This document shows, one piece after another, positions 55,797 through 64,000 of a stretch of DNA of 64,000 nucleotides (positions within the stretch are counted from its first letter, which is position 1; each line of letters begins with the position of its first letter). The notes below the pieces were generated by a model, which saw only the letters and a list, made by a program, of their open reading frames with translations, was not told the origin of the DNA and did not search any database. The position numbers and the translations under genes are program-made. The DNA is from Minisyncoccota bacterium (GTDB lineage: Bacteria > Patescibacteriota > Minisyncoccia > Phycocordibacterales > UBA9973): positions 11,282 through 75,281 of the forward strand of contig JBAYHW010000001.1 of assembly GCA_041665925.1 (NCBI GenBank), read 5' to 3'.

Positions 55797-57500
55797 TTAT
55801 ATGAATTCCTGCTGATAACATTTGACACAATACACTATCTCCGGCCTCTCTGGCGCATAGGGAGTATAAATAGGAGCTTCGCATTTCGCGCAAGTTCTGT
55901 GATACATACCAGGTTTGTTTTCTCTGGCAAATCTTTCATTTTCTCGACATTTTGGACACTCGTGAGGAAGAGGTAAATTCATTTTACGCAAAAGTTCCAG
56001 TTCTCCTGGGATAATTTTATAACTACGTTTGCAGTTGATGCATTCAATAATTTCTTGCAAAATTGAATCTGTTGTCTCTTTAATTGTTTGAGGCAAAATT
56101 TCTGATTTTATTGTAGATGATACATTTGGATTCTCTGTATCATCCCAATCATACCCTTGCGATATTGCTTCTTCTCTAGTTTTTGGCAAAAATCGCATTG
56201 CGTTTGATTTATTATATGGAAAGTTGCCAAACCCCAAAGAAAAAAACTCTCCATAACTCCACACCCTACCTAATTTATCCACTAAGGGATTTTTCTTCAT
56301 ATCTTCTATAATATCTTTTTTTAATTTCTCATAATCTTCCTTTGAATATTGCTTATTTAAAATACAGTAATTTTTGTGTTTTAAATTCACGCAGCCAAAA
56401 TTATTTTTCCCAGAAATTGACCAATGAGAGTATTCTGTATTCAAGGCATCGGGAAAACTATGGGAAGTGAACTTGCAATTACTGGCTCCATCCCCTGTTT
56501 GTGAACACTCATATAAAAGTTCTGCTATATTCCCCCAGCCAGTATAATCCATACAGTCTTTGGATCCGTCCACTGTTATAAGTTGACACCATTTACAATT
56601 CTCTGCGCCATTTAAGATATAACACTCCTTAGAGTTCTTTGATGTATATACATACTCGCCCGTGACATTTAAATTAAAGGAGTGCCCATGATACTCGCGA
56701 TAAGGACGAGTAAGCCAAAACTTACTAGATTCTCTCTCAAACTTCTTGATCCCAGATGAAGTATCTAACCTCATTTCTTTTAATTTTTTCTCATATTCTT
56801 CTTTAGAATACTGAACATTAAAGATACAATGTTTTGCCCCACGTAAATTTACACACCCTATACAGTCAGTACAACCATAGCAATTACGAGAAAACCAAAC
56901 ATCCACACAATCGTCACATTCTTCAGAGAAGAAAACTCTATAGCCTCTAATAAAACTTCGGGACCCATAACATAATTCTGACTTCCAGCCTCGAATACAA
57001 TCTGAACTCCATTTCAGGGTATTTAAAATTGAAGAATAATATACATTTTCACAAAAATCTGCCCAGATAGTCATAAAACAGTTTTTGGAATACGCGATCG
57101 AATTTGAATATTCACAATTTTTTAAAGTAGTGTAAGTACTCTCCAGAGAAGAATACGGGGTTTTCGTCGCAAGTTCTTTTACTTGTTCTAAAAAAGACCT
57201 TGAGGGGTCATAGTCCATAGCGTACTCTGTACCGTCCCAATCATCCGCCCACCAACAAGGCTGACAATACACAGTCAATTCCTTTTCTGGTGAAAACATA
57301 GATAACATCTTTTTCTCACACTTATTACAATTACGCCAAAATGGAGACCAACTGTTATCGACAGATAGTCTCCTAGCCATCCGGCACTCTGGGCACCAGG
57401 TGGGCGGCGGGACGGAAATTTTTTCGTAATAATTAAAATCTTCAGGTTCTATCGTGAATTCTTTTTTGCAGCTCTGGCAAGATTTTGTTTTCGCTTCCAT
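55797..57500 (-). CDS. Cys/Trp-rich 567-aa protein with terminal zinc-ribbon-like modules and an internal duplicated module; function unknown
   Basis: N- and C-terminal 'CxxCK[KR]x[FY]xIxP..[FL]..[YL]..K[IM].[VL]P.P..CPxCR'; internal 'GCVNL[RK]..K[HN][CY]CI[FL]N[VK]QYSKE[ED]YEK' twice. Confidence 0.4.
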   Translation of the reverse strand: MEAKTKSCQSCKKEFTIEPEDFNYYEKISVPPPTWCPECRMARRLSVDNSWSPFWRNCNKCEKKMLSMFSPEKELTVYCQPCWWADDWDGTEYAMDYDPSRSFLEQVKELATKTPYSSLESTYTTLKNCEYSNSIAYSKNCFMTIWADFCENVYYSSILNTLKWSSDCIRGWKSELCYGSRSFIRGYRVFFSEECDDCVDVWFSRNCYGCTDCIGCVNLRGAKHCIFNVQYSKEEYEKKLKEMRLDTSSGIKKFERESSKFWLTRPYREYHGHSFNLNVTGEYVYTSKNSKECYILNGAENCKWCQLITVDGSKDCMDYTGWGNIAELLYECSQTGDGASNCKFTSHSFPDALNTEYSHWSISGKNNFGCVNLKHKNYCILNKQYSKEDYEKLKKDIIEDMKKNPLVDKLGRVWSYGEFFSLGFGNFPYNKSNAMRFLPKTREEAISQGYDWDDTENPNVSSTIKSEILPQTIKETTDSILQEIIECINCKRSYKIIPGELELLRKMNLPLPHECPKCRENERFARENKPGMYHRTCAKCEAPIYTPYAPERPEIVYCVKCYQQEFI

Positions 57501-57504
57501 GGTT

Positions 57505-58296
57505 TTATTTTACTATCTTTTCAAATTCTTTAGGAATCTTAGATTCTACTTTGACCACATTCCCTTTCAAATCTTTAAATTCAATAGATCTAGCATGGAG
57601 AGCCATACGTTTTAAGCCTTTTGGGCAAGGGTTGTCTGGGTTGTAGAGTTCATCACACACAACAGGATGATTTATGTATTTCATGTGCACCCGAATCTGG
57701 TGTGTTCGTCCTGTTTTCGGCCGAACTTCTACAAAGGTATATTTAATGGGTGGAGCCTCGTAAAATTTCTTATTCGTGCCGGAGCCCTTTAGGGTAAAGC
57801 GAGAAGAAATTTTACGAAGCGAACCTTCTTCAAATCTTTTTAAAACTCTATATTCAGTAATAGCCTCTCGCATTTCTCCACGTGCCCCGCGACCAGCTAA
57901 GTATCTGCGGAAATCTTTCGGGCTTCGTCCTATTGGTTTATTTATTACTCCTCTTTCGTTTTTTACATTCCCAGAAACAATAGCCACATATATTTTTCTA
58001 ATTTCTCTATTCTGGAATTGTTGTTTCAAAAATTGATAAGCTTTTTCATTTTTAGCTAAAACCAGAACTCCGGAAGTGTCTCTATCCAGGCGATGTACAA
58101 TACCTGGCTTTTTTATTTCTATTTTTCTATTTTTATATTCATAGACTTCGTCCTCCCCCACATTTTTCATTCTTGGATAATTTTTCAATATCCAGTCAGT
58201 AAGTGTTTTTTCTTTAGTTCGTCCATCGGCATGCACAGCAATACCTGACGGTTTGTCTATAACTAAAATATTAGAATCCTCATATAAGATTTTCAT
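57505..58296 (-). CDS. RluA-family pseudouridine synthase
   Basis: 'HRLDRDTSGVLVLAKN'. Confidence 0.8.
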   Translation of the reverse strand: MKILYEDSNILVIDKPSGIAVHADGRTKEKTLTDWILKNYPRMKNVGEDEVYEYKNRKIEIKKPGIVHRLDRDTSGVLVLAKNEKAYQFLKQQFQNREIRKIYVAIVSGNVKNERGVINKPIGRSPKDFRRYLAGRGARGEMREAITEYRVLKRFEEGSLRKISSRFTLKGSGTNKKFYEAPPIKYTFVEVRPKTGRTHQIRVHMKYINHPVVCDELYNPDNPCPKGLKRMALHARSIEFKDLKGNVVKVESKIPKEFEKIVK

Positions 58297-58329
58297 TTTG
58301 GTCGTAAATATTTTTCTGCTGAAAAATTT

Positions 58330-58355
58330 CGCGACCCGCTCCTCGCGCCGTCGCG
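58330..58355 (-). terminator. GC hairpin (CGCGAC-n14-GTCGCG) plus short U-tract downstream of the tRNA pair, tentative
   Basis: local GC-rich patch in an AT-rich spacer. Confidence 0.25.
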
Positions 58356-58383
58356 CTGCGGACTCACAAAACTTTCAGTTTTG

Positions 58384-58455
58384 TGCCCTTGGTAGGAATC
58401 GAACCTACATCAAGGCCTTAGAAGAGCCTCGTTCTATCCATTGAACTACAAGGGC
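58384..58455 (-). tRNA. tRNA-Arg (TCT)
   Basis: GCCCTTGTAGTTCAATGGATAGAAC..CTTCTAA..GGTTCGATTCCTACCAAGGGCA. Confidence 0.8.
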
Positions 58456-58480
58456 AATTACTAATAACGGATAGACTGTG

Positions 58481-58553
58481 TGCGCGGTAAGGGACTCGAA
58501 CCCCTGACCTTCCCGGTGTAAACGGGTTGCTCTACCAACTGAGCTAACCGCGC
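58481..58553 (-). tRNA. tRNA-Val (TAC)
   Basis: GCGCGGTTAGCTCAGTTGGTAGAGC..TTTACAC..GGGGTTCGAGTCCCTTACCGCGCA. Confidence 0.8.
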
Positions 58554-58577
58554 AAATACTTACTTAAAGTAGCACTT

Positions 58578-58886
58578 TTACAGCGAAGGGTCAACGACAG
58601 GAGCTGGAAAATTTAAAATTTGATTTGATTTTTTTTCTCTTTCGGAAAAATAATTTAAGATTTTTTCTAAACCATCTTTTTTTATTATCAGTGTTTTTCT
58701 ACTTTCATTGAGATTTAATATCGCACCTTCTTGGTTGGTTTGCTTGAAAAGTCGATAACCGAAAACACCCGACAATATAATAATGATCAAGGCTAGAGTA
58801 GTCGCAATTTTCCAGTAAAGATTTGCATTAAAAACAAATTCTTTTTTCGTAAAATGCTTTTCTTTTTTAAAAAGTTGTATTTTCAT
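58578..58886 (-). CDS. small membrane protein in the pilus cluster (hypothetical)
   Basis: one TM; position downstream of pilO-like. Confidence 0.3.
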   Translation of the reverse strand: MKIQLFKKEKHFTKKEFVFNANLYWKIATTLALIIIILSGVFGYRLFKQTNQEGAILNLNESRKTLIIKKDGLEKILNYFSEREKKSNQILNFPAPVVDPSL

Positions 58887-58889
58887 TTT

Positions 58890-59414
58890 TTATAAGACGA
58901 AACTTAAAAGTTGTATTCTAAAAACAGCTTCCCAGCTTACTCCCCCTTTTTCCTCCACACTATTTCTGCGAATATCTAATGACAGAAAATTGAGTTCATA
59001 GGGTGAATTCTCTAAAAGCATTAAAAATTTATAAAGCGAAGCAAAGCTCCCCGAAGCTTTCAGCCCCACCACAAGCCCCACCCCGGTAGATAGCATATCC
59101 ACTGAACTCACTTCTGCCTTAGCCCCCACCCTAGTTGCTAATTGTTCAATGGTATCTAGGAACGGCACCACATCAGAACTCTTGGCAAAGTGAGTATCTA
59201 GTAATGCTTTATCTGGGGCAATTCTTAGAAGCGTTTGGTCAAGTGTTCGTATTTCGTTACGCCTATCTGTTTCGGTTTGCCACGCAACTCTTCCTTCGTT
59301 GGCTTTTCGATTATTGTCATTGATTAATTTATAAAGCATTAAAAAAGCACTCAATACAATGATGAAAAATACCGCGGAAGTAATTAATGGAATTTTTTGA
59401 AAATTATTTTTCAT
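58890..59414 (-). CDS. pilO: type IV pilus assembly protein PilO-like
   Basis: N-terminal TM plus coiled coil, position after pilN. Confidence 0.45.
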   Translation of the reverse strand: MKNNFQKIPLITSAVFFIIVLSAFLMLYKLINDNNRKANEGRVAWQTETDRRNEIRTLDQTLLRIAPDKALLDTHFAKSSDVVPFLDTIEQLATRVGAKAEVSSVDMLSTGVGLVVGLKASGSFASLYKFLMLLENSPYELNFLSLDIRRNSVEEKGGVSWEAVFRIQLLSFVL

Positions 59415-59415
59415 A

Positions 59416-59958
59416 TTATGCTGGAACTATACTTAAATAAAATTGAATATCCGCGCCTTTTACGAAGTTAGATATCGGCAAATCAACACTTTTAAAGCTT
59501 GCGCTTTTTTCTAGTGCTTGTCGGAAAAGTAGTAAAACTTCACGCGAAGGAGCCGTCCCGGTAATCTTGATTTTTCTTCCTCCGGTAGGGCCTTGTTCAT
59601 AGAAAATTTGGGTCAATTTGATATCGGCCCGCTTCTCCAAAAGGATGGCATTAATAACCTGTGAAGATGGTATAAATTTATCTTTCCTGGCGTTTTCAAT
59701 TAAATCAATTTTATTATTGATGTCTTTGACAGCCAATAAGGATTGCTCGCCCAGAACTGGAAGCGGTTCATTTTTTTGATTTTCTAATTGCGTATCAACA
59801 AAAGTGTCATTAACAGAAGAAGAAAAATATGCAGGAAGTAAGGAGATAGCCGCCACTAAAATACAAAAATTTAGCACCCCTATAAACAGTACGAAGAGTC
59901 TGAGGTAGAAACCCCTCGTCATTTTTTTCTTTTCTTCTTTTGGAATTAAATTAATCAT
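59416..59958 (-). CDS. pilN: type IV pilus assembly protein PilN
   Basis: N-terminus 'MINLIPKEEKK' plus TM. Confidence 0.55.
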   Translation of the reverse strand: MINLIPKEEKKKMTRGFYLRLFVLFIGVLNFCILVAAISLLPAYFSSSVNDTFVDTQLENQKNEPLPVLGEQSLLAVKDINNKIDLIENARKDKFIPSSQVINAILLEKRADIKLTQIFYEQGPTGGRKIKITGTAPSREVLLLFRQALEKSASFKSVDLPISNFVKGADIQFYLSIVPA

Positions 59959-59970
59959 TAAAAAATTTTC

Positions 59971-61062
59971 TTAATTAGCCTGATCTCCCAAAGCAAGCCC
60001 TAGCGCCGTAGAAAATGCTAAGGCTTGACGAAAACTCATATCAGGAATATAGCTCCCGGTGTTTACTATGTTAACCCACACGTTTGCCATCTCTACTGGA
60101 ATCTTCATACTAACAGAAATGTAATCTGCCAATCCTATCAAATTTGAATCCCCACCACAGAAAATAATTTTTTGAATCAGTGGATTATTTTTTCCTTCTT
60201 CGTCTTTGTGCGTATTCCAGTATAAAAAGTGTTTAGATATCTCATCTCGCAAAACAGAAACACTGTTCAAAAGTATAGAGAATATCTCCTGGTTGGCGCT
60301 ATTGCGCTGAAGTCCATATTCGTGTTTCATTTTATCTGCTTCTTCAAAGCTAATATTAAAGCTTTTCTGTATAGCTTGGGTAAGCATTATTCCTCCCAGA
60401 TCCAAGGTGGAAGTAAACATAACAATCCCACCAGAAACAATAAAAATACCGGTGCGTTTTTTACCAAAATCTACAACCATGTAAGTTCCTTTATCCCCCG
60501 CCTGAACCACAGCCCGACAAGTCGCCTGAGCTTCTAATTCACAAGACTTAACTTCTAGGTCTGAATGCTTAAATATGAGTAAGTAATTTTCAATTATATT
60601 TTTTGTAATTGTAGCTACTTGAACTTCTATACTTTGAGCATCTTCTTTTACTAAATCATAGTCGAAAATTGCATCCTCAGCTTTTATCGGCACATGTTCT
60701 TCTAAAGCAAGCTCTATACCTTCGCGAACATTTTTTAGCCCTGCTTTTTCTAGTCGCAATTGAAACAAATATACCTGCTCCTCTGGTAAAGAAACTCTTA
60801 CAGATCTGACTCCTTCTTCTTTTCGCAAAAGAGTTAGAATCTCTTCCATCTTTTTGGAGTTTTTGATTTTCCCTGACTCAATAACTCCAGGGGGGATAAC
60901 CCGTTCCCCATGTCTACCAACCCTAATTCCGTTTTTGGTTGCAATAAGTTCTATAAATTTTAGTGATTCATCGGAAATATCCAAGCCGAATGAGGGTGCT
61001 GAAAAAAACTTAGGAGGAGGAAAAATCCTAAAAAAGAATTTATCGAAAGAATCCATCAACAT
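59971..61062 (-). CDS. pilM: type IV pilus assembly protein PilM (actin-like ATPase fold)
   Basis: 'FGLDISDESLKFIEL', 'IIFCGGDSNLIGL'. Confidence 0.7.
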   Translation of the reverse strand: MLMDSFDKFFFRIFPPPKFFSAPSFGLDISDESLKFIELIATKNGIRVGRHGERVIPPGVIESGKIKNSKKMEEILTLLRKEEGVRSVRVSLPEEQVYLFQLRLEKAGLKNVREGIELALEEHVPIKAEDAIFDYDLVKEDAQSIEVQVATITKNIIENYLLIFKHSDLEVKSCELEAQATCRAVVQAGDKGTYMVVDFGKKRTGIFIVSGGIVMFTSTLDLGGIMLTQAIQKSFNISFEEADKMKHEYGLQRNSANQEIFSILLNSVSVLRDEISKHFLYWNTHKDEEGKNNPLIQKIIFCGGDSNLIGLADYISVSMKIPVEMANVWVNIVNTGSYIPDMSFRQALAFSTALGLALGDQAN

Positions 61063-61078
61063 AGTAATATTATACCCT

Positions 61079-61408
61079 TTACTTAGCTACTGTGCCAATA
61101 GGAATTTCCATATTTGACTCAAGTAATGAAAATTTCCCGTCCTCGGTAGAAACTGCCATGATCATCCCGTTGCTTTCAATACCTTTAATGACTCTTGGTT
61201 CCAGGTTGGCGACAAACATACACTTCTTCCCTACCAATACAGAGCAATCCGGAAAATAAAGTGAAATACCAGAAACAATTGTCCTTGGGTTTTCTTCTCC
61301 TAAATCAACTGAAAGTTTTAAAAGCTTGTCGGTCTCCGGAACCTTTTCTGCCGACAATATTTTACCCACAACCATATTTATTTTTTTGAAATCTTCTATG
61401 CTAATCAT
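61079..61408 (-). CDS. tRNA-binding (EMAP/Trbp111/CsaA-like OB-fold) protein
   Basis: 'IEDFKKINMVVGKILSAEKVPETDKLLKLSVDLGEE'. Confidence 0.65.
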   Translation of the reverse strand: MISIEDFKKINMVVGKILSAEKVPETDKLLKLSVDLGEENPRTIVSGISLYFPDCSVLVGKKCMFVANLEPRVIKGIESNGMIMAVSTEDGKFSLLESNMEIPIGTVAK

Positions 61409-61844
61409 ATTTTTTATTTATTTTATCTAAATATCTTTGTAATATGAGTGCGGCGGCTGATGCATCTATTCTCCCTGATTTTATTTGTTTTAGTTTACTA
61501 TGTGACTGAGTTTGGTTTGATTCTTTTTTACCATTCGGTGAACGTCTAGCTTCTACAGAAGTTAGAAATTCTTTTTGTTTATGCACGGGTAGATTAAATT
61601 TCTCTTTTAATTCTAAAATAAATACTTCTATCCTCCCCGAGAGAACATTTAACTTCCCAGAGAAATCTACCGACTCACCGACCACAATTTCCGAAACATT
61701 TTCTTGTTTGATTATCTCGGCAATTCTTAAGAATGTCTTTGCATCGTTTAGAATAATTTCTTTCGGGAAGGCAAGAGTCCCATTTTCATCTGAAATTGCC
61801 ACTCCAATTCTCTTAGTACCGTAATCTATACCTAAAAATCTCAT
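61401..61844 (-). CDS. ruvX: Holliday junction resolvase-like RNase YqgF/RuvX
   Basis: 'FLGIDYGTKRIGVAISD'. Confidence 0.8.
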   Translation of the reverse strand: MRFLGIDYGTKRIGVAISDENGTLAFPKEIILNDAKTFLRIAEIIKQENVSEIVVGESVDFSGKLNVLSGRIEVFILELKEKFNLPVHKQKEFLTSVEARRSPNGKKESNQTQSHSKLKQIKSGRIDASAAALILQRYLDKINKKYD

Positions 61845-61898
61845 AAGAAAAGACTAGCATAAAAGATACTTTTTTGATAATATCCAAATGCAGAGAAA

Positions 61899-61983
61899 GG
61901 AGGTGTCGCATAGTGGTTTAGTGCACCTGTCTTGAAAACAGGAGTGCCGCAAGGCACCGTGAGTTCGAATCTCACCACCTCCG
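61899..61983 (+). tRNA. tRNA-Ser (TGA), long variable arm
   Basis: GGAGGTGTCGCATAGTGG...CTTGAAA...GTGAGTTCGAATCTCACCACCTCCG. Confidence 0.8.
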
Positions 61984-61994
61984 CAGAAAATAAA

Positions 61995-62010
61995 AACAGC
62001 TAACGCTGTT
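61995..62010. terminator. bidirectional terminator (aacagc-taac-gctgtt) after tRNA-Ser and the cyclase gene
   Basis: hairpin with flanking A/T runs. Confidence 0.5.
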
Positions 62011-62016
62011 TTTATT

Positions 62017-62643
62017 TTATCTTTCTATTAGAACTGCTCTGGCTGGAGCACCATCTATGTCTGTGAATTTTAATGGCAAACAAAACAATTCATATTCTTT
62101 TTCATCAGCTAATTTTAGATCTATCCCTTCAAGAATAGGGATATTTTTTGACAACAGTGAGGTATGCGCCCTGTGGTCCTTTCCCCCTCGCTGCTTGATA
62201 GACAGAGAATCAATTCCCACCAAAAGAGGTTGCAAGCTCGCAAGATAGTCCGCTGCGTCCCCATCCAAATACACAAAATCCTCATGAAATTGTTTAAGAC
62301 CACGAATTGAATTTTTAGTTTTTAATAAAATTCTTTCTCCATCTTTAATGTTTTTTTCTTTGAGCATTTCTTCGGTAATTGCTCCGCCAATAACAGTAGA
62401 CAAGTCTAAAACCCGACAAAGTCCCACGAAGTTTTCAAGTGGAATTTTATCCAAAGCTGGTCCACCGAGCACAGCATGCATTGGTGCATCTATATGTGTC
62501 CCTGTATGTGAGCCGAAAGTTATGGAAGAAAGCTGAGTTTCATATTCTGGTATGGCGTGATGAATACTAATAGAAAGAGGAACATTCCCAGGATATATTA
62601 CTGTCTCTCTGTTTAATGATAAAGATATGTCTATAATACGCAT
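62017..62643 (-). CDS. putative cyclase / kynurenine formamidase-like (PF04199) metal-dependent hydrolase
   Basis: 'GSHTGTHIDAPMHA'. Confidence 0.6.
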   Translation of the reverse strand: MRIIDISLSLNRETVIYPGNVPLSISIHHAIPEYETQLSSITFGSHTGTHIDAPMHAVLGGPALDKIPLENFVGLCRVLDLSTVIGGAITEEMLKEKNIKDGERILLKTKNSIRGLKQFHEDFVYLDGDAADYLASLQPLLVGIDSLSIKQRGGKDHRAHTSLLSKNIPILEGIDLKLADEKEYELFCLPLKFTDIDGAPARAVLIER

Positions 62644-62658
62644 AAGTTAATTGCTAAT

Positions 62659-63591
62659 TTATAAAACTTCAGGTTCATCATCTCCTCTTTTTACTGGATG
62701 CTGGCCAAACTCTCCACGCATGGTAGAGACAACCTTCCCTTGGTAGCTTGGTTTTGTTTGTGATTCAGCTCTGGAATCAAGAGATGCTTGGATAGCGGGC
62801 ATGGCTATGCCTTCTCGCACACCTGCTTCTACTGTCCACTTACCTTCTCCTGAAGCTGAAGCTTTCCCTGAAATTGCATTTAAATCTTTCCCATATTTTT
62901 TATACCCATCATGCATCCATGAAACCAGACTCGAAGTCACCACACTACCATGTGAATACACATTTGTAACTTTTTCTAAATCTAAATCATATTCTTTCGA
63001 GTGTCTTAATAAATCAAAACCTTCCGCAATGGATTGCATCATCCCGTATTCAATCCCGTTGTGAATCATTTTCACAAAATGTCCTGCTCCTGAGGGACCC
63101 ATGAGCCCGAAGCCACTTGGAAGACACGTATCATTGAAAAATCCAGTTCCCCCTAAACGATCGTACAATTCTTTTTTACCCCCCACCATCATGCAGGCCC
63201 CGTTAAGTGCCCCACCTGGCCCACCAGAAACTCCAATGTCTAAAAATTTTACGCCTCGTGCCTCAAGCTCTTCTGCTCGACGCTTGGAATCTTGATATGG
63301 AGAATTCCCCCCGTCAATAATCAAATCTCCTTTTTCTAAAAGTGGCACTAGTTCGTTTATCACTTCTTCTACAGCTTGGTGTGGAACCATGAGCCACACA
63401 GTTCGAGGCGTAGACAGCTTTGAAACAAGATCTTTAATGCTGATTGCTCCCATCGCCCCCTTAGTCATTACTTCTTTTACGCTTTCTTCTGTTCTGTTAT
63501 AAGCAACAATGTTCCAACCATGATCAAGCAACCTAAAAACCATATTTTTCCCCATTTTCCCGAGCCCAATGTATCCCAGTTCTTTTTTCAT
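62659..63591 (-). CDS. gnd: 6-phosphogluconate dehydrogenase (decarboxylating), short YqeC-like form
   Basis: 'LGYIGLGKMGKNMVFRL', 'GGKKELYD..'. Confidence 0.75.
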   Translation of the reverse strand: MKKELGYIGLGKMGKNMVFRLLDHGWNIVAYNRTEESVKEVMTKGAMGAISIKDLVSKLSTPRTVWLMVPHQAVEEVINELVPLLEKGDLIIDGGNSPYQDSKRRAEELEARGVKFLDIGVSGGPGGALNGACMMVGGKKELYDRLGGTGFFNDTCLPSGFGLMGPSGAGHFVKMIHNGIEYGMMQSIAEGFDLLRHSKEYDLDLEKVTNVYSHGSVVTSSLVSWMHDGYKKYGKDLNAISGKASASGEGKWTVEAGVREGIAMPAIQASLDSRAESQTKPSYQGKVVSTMRGEFGQHPVKRGDDEPEVL

Positions 63592-63616
63592 CCTTTTATT
63601 ATAGCAAAAATTCTAA

Positions 63617-64000
63617 TTATATAATTTCTGCACCAATTGAACCTTTTTTATAAATAGTAAGTGGTGTTTTTTCCCAAGCTTTTATCGTGTCGGTGACTAT
63701 TCTCCATTCTGCCATAATTTCAGCTGTAGTTATAAAGACTGTTTGGTCTCCAAGTATGCAGTCATTGAGTACCTTTTCATAAGCATCATACGGTACAACT
63801 TTGTCTGCAGAAATAGAAAAAGTTTTATGCTTACTTTTATCTTTAAAATAAACTTCCACCTGAACCAAGGCTTCGCTTAGTCCTTTACCTGCTTCCAACT
63901 CAAAAATAACTCCTTTCCATCTTTCTACCCCTATCTCTAGATTAATTCTAAAAAAAGTTTCAATTTGAGAATTTGGTTTAACGTTCGGCTCCTGTAGGTA
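63617..64000 (-). CDS. zwf: glucose-6-phosphate dehydrogenase, C-terminal part (gene continues beyond the window; the ORF-track start at 63898 is an internal TTG)
   Basis: 'PYDAYEKVLNDCILGDQTVFITTAEIMAEWRIV'; the reading frame stays open to 64000. Confidence 0.65.
   Translation of the reverse strand, partial: YLQEPNVKPNSQIETFFRINLEIGVERWKGVIFELEAGKGLSEALVQVEVYFKDKSKHKTFSISADKVVPYDAYEKVLNDCILGDQTVFITTAEIMAEWRIVTDTIKAWEKTPLTIYKKGSIGAEII

Noticed and set aside
1-64000. CRISPR arrays, rRNA genes, prophage or integrase signatures
   Set aside because: There are no regularly spaced direct repeats, no rRNA-like conserved blocks, and no integrase, transposase or phage structural genes. The only mobile-type gene is the LAGLIDADG endonuclease.

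Overview
This is an AT-rich (~35% GC) segment, almost entirely minus-strand, from a reduced-genome bacterium with Candidate Phyla Radiation (CPR/Patescibacteria) hallmarks. Those hallmarks are: no rpmD (L30) between rpsE and rplO, a short L15 and L24, Lys/Ala-rich extensions on S10, S5 and S19, a pilMNO cluster, and several leaderless-type promoters.

Core content: the str operon (rpsL-rpsG-fusA); tuf followed by the S10-spc operon (rpsJ through rplO-secY); adk-pyrH-map; rplK-nusG-secE; rplS; five tRNAs (His, Leu, Arg, Val, Ser). Housekeeping genes include murB, tsaC, ruvX, rluA, msrB, a DEAD-box helicase, gnd and a partial zwf.

The conserved operons are broken in four places by insertions, each bounded by an intrinsic terminator:
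- pyrD-pyrE-pyrF plus a response-regulator/HExxH pair sit between fusA and tuf.
- A ~450-bp GC-rich (~65% GC) island sits between rplB and rpsS. It carries a terminator, a 54-codon ORF with a strong SD, a double-hairpin terminator, and a near-consensus promoter for rpsS.
- tadA sits in antisense orientation between rplE and rpsZ.
- cmk plus a hypothetical gene sit between secY and adk.

Other accessory content:
- A dCMP-deaminase / ThyA-family / DHFR module, in which the ThyA homolog has Asp at the uracil-specifying Asn position. This is read as a candidate dCMP methylase or hydroxymethylase.
- A nucleotide/cofactor island (MazG-like, second deaminase, ATP-grasp, CofE-like ligase, RibD_C-like reductase, YhhQ transporter).
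- A membrane-sensor-fused OtsA with OtsB, two NRAMP-like transporters, a P-type ATPase, and a TM-less VirD4/TraG-like ATPase.
- A LAGLIDADG homing endonuclease whose 3' end overlaps tRNA-Leu.
- A 567-aa Cys-rich protein with internal repeats.
- A 72-bp structured element present twice, each time immediately before a start codon (rplO and folA), and an 18-bp perfect hairpin between rplN and rplX.

No rRNA genes or CRISPR arrays were seen.
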